A stretch of 27,133 nucleotides of DNA. Source: Campylobacterota bacterium. Lineage in GTDB: Bacteria > Campylobacterota > Campylobacteria > Campylobacterales > Sulfurovaceae. A program made the position numbers and the translations under genes. The stretch spans positions 1 through 27,133 of the forward strand of contig JAYEOM010000004.1 in NCBI GenBank assembly GCA_034722955.1, in the 5' to 3' direction. Positions within the stretch are counted from its first letter, which is position 1, and each line of letters begins with the position of its first letter. Positions 1 through 6,878 of the stretch are shown here, one piece after another. The notes beneath the pieces were generated by a model. That model did not search any database and had not been told where the DNA came from. It worked only from the letters and a program-made list of their open reading frames with translations.

Positions 1-2
1 TC

Positions 3-170
3 CTGTTTGCCACGGGTCCTGGCTCTGAGATACAGAGACCTCTGGCTATCGTTGTGATCAATGGCCTTATCTCTTCGACACTGCTTACTTTGATCATCCT
101 GCCTATACTATATTTGAACTTTTCACAGGGGTGTTGTGGCAAGGCAGAAGAGGAGGAGGTCTCATCGTAA
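3..170 (+). CDS. CusA/CzcA-family heavy-metal RND efflux permease, C-terminal fragment (5' part outside the window)
   Basis: Manual translation of frame 3 gives LFATGPGSEIQRPLAIVVINGLISSTLLTLIILPILY...EEEEVSS*. The G-S-E-x-QRPLA-x-VVI-x-GL-x-SST-x-LTL pattern is the TM12 region of HME-RND pumps. Stop at 168-170. Confidence 0.85.
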   Translation: MFATGPGSEIQRPLAIVVINGLISSTLLTLIILPILYLNFSQGCCGKAEEEEVSS

Positions 171-217
171 GGATTAATCCCTATTTGATCTATTGATACT
201 TTTAATTAAGAAGTGGA

Positions 218-223
218 TATAAT
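218..223 (+). promoter_or_regulatory. Putative sigma70 -10 box for the sia-like operon
   Basis: TATAAT at 218-223 in an AT-rich intergenic region, about 30 nt upstream of the purine-rich RBS (AGGGGGGG, 248-255). Confidence 0.45.
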
Positions 224-254
224 TAATTGAATAGATACTTTAATTGTAGGGGGG

Positions 255-803
255 GTGAAACGAATGCTGAAACATTTAAACGAACTTAAGCAAAGCTTGG
301 ATACTGAGGGTGTTATCTTTATTTTTTGTGGACCTATGTCTCATGATATCGTTGTGGGGTTAGGCAATACGCTGCGTATGAAGCTCCAGGAGGATGAAGT
401 GAGTCGTACCGTCTCCTCTAAAATATTTTCTATCTTTGTAGAACAAGTTCAAAATGTCATCAACTACTCAGAAGATAAAGATTCCGAGAATCATGATATG
501 AGTCTAGGTATCGTCACCATAGGCAAAAAGGGTGACAAGTTCTTCATATCTGGTGGCAACAACATCGCCAATGATAAAATTAAAAAGCTACAAAGACACT
601 TGACACAACTCCAACAGATGAGTCAGGATGAGCTTAAACAGTTCTATAAGCTTAAACGCAAAGAGACCAATTCTCTTGATGGTAAGGGCGGTGCAGGGAT
701 TGGTTTTATAGAGATGGCACGCAAATCATCAGAACCCATATCGTTCAATTTTGAGACTATCGACAGTGTCAAATCTTTTTTTACGATTAAGATTATAGTA
801 TAA
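255..803 (+). CDS. siaB: SiaB-family (DUF6272) GHKL-type protein kinase
   Basis: N-box IFVEQVQNVINYS, GN motif, and G2-box GGAGIGFIEMARKS. Lies directly upstream of a SiaC homolog. The true start may be ATG 264 rather than GTG 255. Confidence 0.85.
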   Translation: MKRMLKHLNELKQSLDTEGVIFIFCGPMSHDIVVGLGNTLRMKLQEDEVSRTVSSKIFSIFVEQVQNVINYSEDKDSENHDMSLGIVTIGKKGDKFFISGGNNIANDKIKKLQRHLTQLQQMSQDELKQFYKLKRKETNSLDGKGGAGIGFIEMARKSSEPISFNFETIDSVKSFFTIKIIV

Positions 804-815
804 GAGAGCATTGAG

Positions 816-1199
816 ATGGAAAATTTATATATTTCACAAACAAAAAGTACGCCAGAGATTAATTTTGATCTGACGACACATCATCACTCTATCCGTGGCG
901 AATCCTACCCTGAAAATACCTTCTCTTTTTATGATCCTGTATTTCAATGGCTAGAGGGCTATATTGATACACTCGGTACCCAAGAGGTTATCATAGATAT
1001 AGAACTCATCTACTTTAACAGTAGCAGCTCCAAAGTCTTGATGGATATCTTTGACCTCTTTGATGATGCTGCCAAAGAGGGTAGTCATATCATTATCAAC
1101 TGGATTCACGATGAAGAAGATGAAGCCCTGCAAGAGTATGGAGAGGAGTTCAAAGAAGATTTATCAACACTGACCTTTACCATTCAAAGCAAAGTATAA
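816..1199 (+). CDS. siaC: SiaC-family (DUF1987) STAS-like phosphoprotein adaptor
   Basis: Signature motifs TKSTPEI, GESYPEN..FY.P...W, YFNSSSSK, and INW.HD.EDE...EYGEEFKED. Confidence 0.9.
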   Translation: MENLYISQTKSTPEINFDLTTHHHSIRGESYPENTFSFYDPVFQWLEGYIDTLGTQEVIIDIELIYFNSSSSKVLMDIFDLFDDAAKEGSHIIINWIHDEEDEALQEYGEEFKEDLSTLTFTIQSKV

Positions 1200-1219
1200 A
1201 TCGATACGAGGAGTCTAGA

Positions 1220-2242
1220 GTGCAAGAGAAGAGAGTATCAAGAGAAGAGAGTCTTCTCATCGAGATAGAGCAGAGCTTGATATCCAACATCAATCTCAAT
1301 GATAAAAAAGAGCAGATAGCAAAACTCCTCAAAACATATAGAAGAACACTCAAGCAACTAGACAAAATCATCAAAATGAGTGATAAACAACAAGATAAAC
1401 TCAATACTAAAAATGAACTATTGGAGGGGTTGTCCCATAAGCTATCATGTTATCTCTCACCCCAAATCTATGACTCTATCTTTTCGGGCAAGCAAGATGT
1501 CACACTCAAATCTAGCAGAAAGAAGTTGACCATATTTTTCTCAGATTTAGTCAACTTCACCCAAACCACAGAGAATCTTGAGCCAGAGATTTTGAGTGAT
1601 CTACTCAATAACTATTTAGATGAGATGTTTACCATCGCTCTCAACCACGGAGCTACAGTTGATAAGTTTATCGGTGATGCGATTATGGTGTTCTTTGGTG
1701 ATCCTGAGAGTAGAGGAGAGAGAGAGGATGCTCTGCGCTGTGTCTCTATGGCTATCGATATGCGAGATAGGATGGAGGAGCTAGCACCTATCTGGATGGA
1801 CAGTGGACTACTCCAGCCTTTTAAGGTCAGGATGGGTATCTCAACAGGCTTTACGACAGTGGGGAACTTCGGGAGTACCCATCGGATGGACTACACCATC
1901 ATCGGAGGTCAAGTCAATCTCGCCAGCCGACTCGAATCCAATGCCAACCCCAACAACATCCTCATCTCCCACGAGACCTACTCGCTGGTCAAAGATAAGA
2001 TCTTTTGTGAAAAGAAAGATACCATCTTTCTCAAAGGCATCCCCTACCCCATCCCCACCTATGCAGTCGTCAACTTTTTTGATAAGATCAAACAGAGAGA
2101 TGAGATCAATCTCATAGAGGATGATATCACCCTCTATATTGATAAAGGCAATCTCAAAAATAGTGATAGAAAAAAAGATATCATCAATAAGCTTACCACT
2201 GTTATTGATGAATTAAGGAGTTTGGATGAAAACAAAAAATAA
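1220..2242 (+). CDS. Soluble class III adenylate cyclase: CyaB-like catalytic core with a SiaD-like N-terminal coiled helix
   Basis: GTG start with RBS GAGGAG. Metal-binding FSD and DKFIGD, GNFG...MDYTIIG..VNLASRLE, and KG motif. Lys in DKF plus Asp in MDYT are the ATP-specifying pair. No TM segment. N-terminal LKQLDKIIKMSDKQQ helix. Confidence 0.88.
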   Translation: MQEKRVSREESLLIEIEQSLISNINLNDKKEQIAKLLKTYRRTLKQLDKIIKMSDKQQDKLNTKNELLEGLSHKLSCYLSPQIYDSIFSGKQDVTLKSSRKKLTIFFSDLVNFTQTTENLEPEILSDLLNNYLDEMFTIALNHGATVDKFIGDAIMVFFGDPESRGEREDALRCVSMAIDMRDRMEELAPIWMDSGLLQPFKVRMGISTGFTTVGNFGSTHRMDYTIIGGQVNLASRLESNANPNNILISHETYSLVKDKIFCEKKDTIFLKGIPYPIPTYAVVNFFDKIKQRDEINLIEDDITLYIDKGNLKNSDRKKDIINKLTTVIDELRSLDENKK

Positions 2243-3713
2243 CTTTTTCTTACTGATTAGCATGGTTACGGTCTATATCATCGGAGTACTCTTCTACTCC
2301 TACTATCTTTTTGCTCAAGAGCGACAAAAGACTTATGATATTATTGACAAGCGACTCACTCTAGCAGCCGTAGGAGGTGCACTCTTTTTGAGTGATGAGT
2401 ATCATGACAACTTACTCACGCCTGATGCTATAGATGCAGCGACCTTTCTCGACAAAGCTACCCAACTCACACGCTACAACGATCTCATAGGCACAGACTA
2501 TATCTATACTTTTATACAAATAGATGGTAAAGTGCGTTTCGCCTCTACCAGCTATAAACCCAAAGAGAGAGCCAAAATATACGATGAGTATTTTGCCTAC
2601 TACGAAGATGCCTCGACCGCTCTTGTCGATATCTTCAATCACCCCAAAACGGTTTTTGAGACGACCAAAGACAAGTGGGGCTACTTTCGTTCGATTTTGA
2701 TACCCAAGCAGTCGACCAATGGCACCCTCTATGTCATCGGTGCAGACTTGGAAGTCAGTGATGTCGAAGTCTATCTCGATGGGGTTTATTGGAGATCCAT
2801 CTTCTCTGCTCTCTACTTTTTTGTGTTGCTTACTCCTTTTGCCTATCTCTTTTATCGACGCTTCAAAAAAGATACCGATACCCTAGAAGAGGTGGTCAGA
2901 GAGAGGACACTCCAGCTCACTCAAGAAAAAAAGAAGATTACCGACTCTATCGAATATGCTTCGCTCATCCAAAAAACCCTCATCCCCAAAGAAGCATTAC
3001 TAAAAAACTATTTTGATGATGCCTTTGTCATATGGAAACCCCGCGATATCGTGGGAGGGGATATCTATCTCTTTGAGATTATGAATCATGATGATGAGGC
3101 ACTCTTGATGGTGATTGATGGGACAGGGCATGGTGTATCGGGTGCATTTGTGACGATGTTAGTCAAAGCCATCGAACAAGATATCACCAACACCCTGCAC
3201 AAAACCCAAGAGGAGATTAGCCCTCTGGTTATCCTGCAGACATTTCATACCAAACTCCAAAAGGTTTTGACAGAACTCGAAGCCAACAATAAGACAAAAA
3301 TCTATATAGGATTCGATGGGGGTATACTCTACATCAACAAAAGAGACCAAACCCTTAAATATGCAGGTGCCAACACCCCTCTGTTTGTCATCAGAGATGA
3401 TAAATTAGAGAAATTTACCGCCGGAAGGGACTCCATCGGATACGCTAACCAGTCAGAAGCATTCAAATGCAAAGAGCATCACATCCCTATCACCCCCTCT
3501 ATGCAGCTCTACATCAGCACCGACGGATACTATGACCAGACAGGCGGCACAAAAGGATTTGCTATGGGCAAAAAATATTTTACCAATATTTTGATGCAGC
3601 ACCAACAGGAAAATATGAAAAAACAAAAAGAGGCTCTCCTAGAGGAGTTTGACCACTATCTGCACAATGTTGATATCAAAGATGATATCACAGTGGTAGG
3701 GTTACGGTTGTAG
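2226..3713 (+). CDS. SiaA-like membrane sensor PP2C/SpoIIE Ser/Thr phosphatase
   Basis: Two TM helices (about residues 7-29 and 191-209) flank a periplasmic Cache-like domain. They are followed by LEEVVRERT..L, SIEYASLIQ, and PP2C motifs VGGDIY, DGTGHGVSGAF, STDG and DDITV. Overlaps the cyclase stop by 17 nt. Confidence 0.85.
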   Translation: MKTKNNFFLLISMVTVYIIGVLFYSYYLFAQERQKTYDIIDKRLTLAAVGGALFLSDEYHDNLLTPDAIDAATFLDKATQLTRYNDLIGTDYIYTFIQIDGKVRFASTSYKPKERAKIYDEYFAYYEDASTALVDIFNHPKTVFETTKDKWGYFRSILIPKQSTNGTLYVIGADLEVSDVEVYLDGVYWRSIFSALYFFVLLTPFAYLFYRRFKKDTDTLEEVVRERTLQLTQEKKKITDSIEYASLIQKTLIPKEALLKNYFDDAFVIWKPRDIVGGDIYLFEIMNHDDEALLMVIDGTGHGVSGAFVTMLVKAIEQDITNTLHKTQEEISPLVILQTFHTKLQKVLTELEANNKTKIYIGFDGGILYINKRDQTLKYAGANTPLFVIRDDKLEKFTAGRDSIGYANQSEAFKCKEHHIPITPSMQLYISTDGYYDQTGGTKGFAMGKKYFTNILMQHQQENMKKQKEALLEEFDHYLHNVDIKDDITVVGLRL

Positions 3714-3747
3714 GTTGAACTTTTATAGAGTTGTAAAATATCTCCAA

Positions 3748-3777
3748 GAAACCAATTAAAATGAAACCAATTAAAAT
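3748..3777 (+). repeat. 15-bp tandem duplication spanning the selO start
   Basis: GAAACCAATTAAAAT at 3748-3762 and 3763-3777, followed by a degenerate third unit GAAACTAAATCAAAT. Gives in-frame ATGs at 3761 and 3776. Confidence 0.8.
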
Positions 3778-5212
3778 GAAACTAAATCAAATCAAACTAA
3801 CCAACCCATATCTCTCCTTGCCTCCATTATGCTATGACAAAGTTACCCCTACACCTCTAAAAAATCCTTTTATCATACATGCTAATAGTGCTTTAGCCAA
3901 AGAGTTAGGCATTGACCCTGAGGAGCTCTCTACTGATGCGTTCTTGGAGTTAGTCAATGGTGAGTTGACACTAGAGGGTAGTGATGCGTTTGCTATGTGT
4001 TATACTGGGCATCAGTTTGGATTTTTGGTACCTAGGCTTGGTGATGGTAGAGCTATCAATATTGGCTCTATAGGCAAACAGCACCTACAGCTCAAAGGGG
4101 CAGGGCAGACACTCTACTCTAGGAGTGGTGATGGTAGAGCTGTGTTGCGTTCATCTATACGAGAGTATTTGATGAGTGAAGCGATGTTTGGCTTGGGTAT
4201 TGAGACTACACGGGCTTTGGCATTGATGGGTTCTAGTAGTAGGGTTATTCGTGAGGATTGGGAGAGAGCGGCAATAGTCTTGCGTCTCTCTACTTCGTGG
4301 GTGCGGTTTGGTACATTTGAGTATTTTGCCCATCATCAAAAGTATGCAGAGCTTGAAGCATTGGCTGATTATTCTATAGCAGAGAGTTATCCTCACTTGG
4401 CAGGTAAAGACAACTGCTATTTAGATTTTTTTGGTGAAGTAGTAGAGAGAACTGCTAGAGTGATAGCTAAGTGGCAAGCAGTAGGCTTCAATCACGGAGT
4501 GATGAATACAGACAATATGTCCATAGCAGGATTGAGTATCGATTATGGTCCTTATGCCTTTTTGGATGATTATGACGAGGCGAATATCTGTAACCATACA
4601 GACAAAAAAGGTCGATATAGCTTTGGCAATCAGCCCCAAGTTGCCAAATGGAATCTATCTGCTCTTATGCAAGCACTATCACCTTTGATTTTGCTAGAGG
4701 ATATGAAAGAGAGGTTGGCTGGGTATGATGGACTATATAGTGGATACTATGTGAAATTGATGAGAGAAAAACTAGGACTTAGTCTAGTAGAAGAGGGTGA
4801 TGTGGAGTTTGTACGACATCTGCTAGCAGTACTCCAAAAGCTACAAGTAGACTATACGCTATTTTTCCGCACACTAAGCCACTACGACAGTGATAGAACT
4901 CTACTGCTAAGACTAGGACTCTACCACCAACCGATGAATGAGTGGCTAGATATATATGACAAACGGCTAGAGTTAGAAGAGACAAATAGCATAGAGAGAG
5001 AGCAAAAAATGCTCCAAGCAAACCCCAAATATATCCTCAAAAACTATATACTCCAAGAGGTTATAGACCAAGCAGAGAATGGAGAGTATAGAGGCATAGA
5101 AGCACTCTTCAAGATCGCACAAAACCCTTATGCTGAGCATGCTGAGCATGAACGGTGGGCAGGTGTGACACCTGAAGCGTTTAGAAACAATAAGTTGAGC
5201 TGTAGCTCTTGA
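3761..5212 (+). CDS. selO: Protein adenylyltransferase SelO/YdiU (pseudokinase AMPylase)
   Basis: GHQFG..PRLGDGRA, QLKGAG.T.YSR.GDGRAVLRSSIREYL, HGVMNTDN, DYGPYAF, NPKYIL.NY, and C-terminal LSCSS. The start may be 3776. Confidence 0.95.
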   Translation: MKPIKMKLNQIKLTNPYLSLPPLCYDKVTPTPLKNPFIIHANSALAKELGIDPEELSTDAFLELVNGELTLEGSDAFAMCYTGHQFGFLVPRLGDGRAINIGSIGKQHLQLKGAGQTLYSRSGDGRAVLRSSIREYLMSEAMFGLGIETTRALALMGSSSRVIREDWERAAIVLRLSTSWVRFGTFEYFAHHQKYAELEALADYSIAESYPHLAGKDNCYLDFFGEVVERTARVIAKWQAVGFNHGVMNTDNMSIAGLSIDYGPYAFLDDYDEANICNHTDKKGRYSFGNQPQVAKWNLSALMQALSPLILLEDMKERLAGYDGLYSGYYVKLMREKLGLSLVEEGDVEFVRHLLAVLQKLQVDYTLFFRTLSHYDSDRTLLLRLGLYHQPMNEWLDIYDKRLELEETNSIEREQKMLQANPKYILKNYILQEVIDQAENGEYRGIEALFKIAQNPYAEHAEHERWAGVTPEAFRNNKLSCSS

Positions 5213-5222
5213 AAGGCAAGAT

Positions 5223-5435
5223 ATGAAAATTTGGAAATATGAAGAGAGTAAATCTACACATCGTTTAGTAAAGATATACAGAGAAGATCATGGTGAGGGA
5301 GAGTATCTAGGTGATTTGGATGATGATACCATCAAGGCGATGATTTTGGAGATTAAGCCTGATATCAATATCTCTCAAGCCTTTGGAACCTTGAGTTATT
5401 TTGGTATGTTACCTCTTTTGATAGCTAAAAAATAA
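5223..5435 (+). CDS. Small hypothetical protein (70 aa)
   Basis: ATG 10 nt after the selO stop with AAGG upstream. Protein-like composition; no family recognised. Confidence 0.7.
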   Translation: MKIWKYEESKSTHRLVKIYREDHGEGEYLGDLDDDTIKAMILEIKPDINISQAFGTLSYFGMLPLLIAKK

Positions 5436-5447
5436 GTAAACTTGATG

Positions 5448-5473
5448 GAGCCAAGATGAGCAGTTTTGGCTTT
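5448..5473. terminator. Possible hairpin terminator between convergent genes
   Basis: GAGCCAAGA-tgagcag-TTTTGGCTT stem-loop just after the 5435 stop. Confidence 0.35.
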
Positions 5474-5571
5474 CAGATAACTAATTGGTTTAATATCTTC
5501 ACCCAGGTGCATCAAAAATCCTTTTTATACATTTTAAATAACGAGTAAATTTAGTTTAATATAAGTTCATT

Positions 5572-6762
5572 TTAGAAGCTTAATGTACTCTCCTTTACAC
5601 TGTACTCTTTAAGGAAGAATGGGTCAGTAATACCGATTTTCTTCGCCATCTTTTGATTAATAAATCTATATGAGAGTATATATTTTGCAGAGTTAGCACC
5701 ATCAGGGATAGTAAAATGGTACTTTTTACTGCTATTTGCTGCCAATCTGTTGTCGGAACTTAGAGTTGTAGCAGCAAAGGGCACTGTATCTTCCCCTCCT
5801 TTATCTTTCCATACAGCTGCTAATACTTCTATTTGTCTATCTACCATTTTTTTGCTACTATTATAAAACTCTACTGAGATTATAAGTTCTCTTAAGCCAT
5901 ATCCTGTAGGTATACTATGAGGGGAGTTATTTTTTAGTTCCACTATAAGGCTATCCGACTCTTTATAGCTTTTCGTCTCTACATTATCATTAAGGATATT
6001 ACTATTGTCTACACTAGCAAAGTGATGATCTCTAACCATACGAGCTTTTGGTTTCTCTCCAGCCTTAGAGTAGTTAGATGCTATACCTTCTCTCTTTTTG
6101 CCCATATGGCAAGATTTGCACCCCTCTGTACTAGCTACACTATCATACTCTTTTCCAGTGGCATAGACCTCTAGCCCCGCATCATTTTTATGACTATAGT
6201 GACAGCTAAAACAGAGTGTAGGAGAGTTATCTGAGAAGTGCTCTTTGTACTCTGTTTTGTGGTATGGTGATTTGGCGTTATTAAACGGACCAAACATGGT
6301 ACCTTGTTGACCGAACTTGACACCTTCTAAGCCTTGGGAGCCTATAGATTTGTCTAAATGAATCTCTTCTATATTGTGGCACACTATACAGTTGATACCA
6401 TTTTTCATATGCTCTGCGTTCAGTGCTTGATTAAACTCTTTTTTTGTGCTATCTACCTCTAGGGCTAAAAGCATCTTTTCGTTACCTGAAACAGTTGTTT
6501 TTGAGATTCTTGGATTGTGACACTTTGCACACTTTACTTTTACTTCATCTAAGATGAGTTTAGGGGTTTTTAGCACCATATATTCAAGAGTTTTCTTAAA
6601 TAAATCATTTTTACTAAAGTGAGAGTTTGCGTGTCTTGATGTCTCCCAATGTTTAGATATATCTTTATGACACGCTTCACAGTTTTTATTTGATGACCAT
6701 TTCTTATCTATTTCGGCCTGCATAGAGGTCAAAAGTAAAAATCCTAAAATTATATATTTCAT
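5572..6762 (-). CDS. Periplasmic pentaheme c-type cytochrome (c554/c-prime-like N-terminal domain, Ig-like C-terminal region)
   Basis: Signal peptide MKYIILGFLLLTSMQA. Five CxxCH motifs: CEACH, CAKCH, CIVCH, CFSCH, CKSCH. W..S.H motif after the first heme, and N...H.IPTG...R.L near the C-terminus. Confidence 0.88.
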   Translation of the reverse strand: MKYIILGFLLLTSMQAEIDKKWSSNKNCEACHKDISKHWETSRHANSHFSKNDLFKKTLEYMVLKTPKLILDEVKVKCAKCHNPRISKTTVSGNEKMLLALEVDSTKKEFNQALNAEHMKNGINCIVCHNIEEIHLDKSIGSQGLEGVKFGQQGTMFGPFNNAKSPYHKTEYKEHFSDNSPTLCFSCHYSHKNDAGLEVYATGKEYDSVASTEGCKSCHMGKKREGIASNYSKAGEKPKARMVRDHHFASVDNSNILNDNVETKSYKESDSLIVELKNNSPHSIPTGYGLRELIISVEFYNSSKKMVDRQIEVLAAVWKDKGGEDTVPFAATTLSSDNRLAANSSKKYHFTIPDGANSAKYILSYRFINQKMAKKIGITDPFFLKEYSVKESTLSF

Positions 6763-6810
6763 AACTGTCCTTATTTTTTCAGATAGATATTACAATGATT
6801 AGTCTTAAAA

Positions 6811-6824
6811 TTGACCTATATCAA
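6811..6824. promoter_or_regulatory. Candidate Crp/Fnr-family (FNR/DNR/NssR-type) site upstream of the cytochrome gene
   Basis: TTGAC-CTAT-ATCAA matches TTGAT-N4-ATCAA at 9/10 positions, about 50 nt upstream of the minus-strand ATG at 6762. Confidence 0.45.
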
Positions 6825-6878
6825 TAATAATAGTTAAATTATTTGCTAGTGAGGATCACTATCATCAGACCCTAAATT

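Noticed and set aside
249..255. Poly-G phase-variation tract upstream of siaB
   Set aside because: Only G7, outside the reading frame if ATG 264 is the start, and adequately explained as a Shine-Dalgarno.
1220..5212. Functional link between the adenylate cyclase operon and the AMPylase SelO, or an anti-phage (Pycsar/CBASS-like) role for the cyclase
   Set aside because: Adjacency alone is not evidence. No cNMP-binding TM or TIR effector is present, and the cyclase has canonical ATP-specifying residues in a signalling context.
5210..5242. Selenocysteine read-through of the selO TGA
   Set aside because: The protein already ends in the usual bacterial CSS. No SECIS-like hairpin follows, and read-through would run into the next gene's RBS and start.
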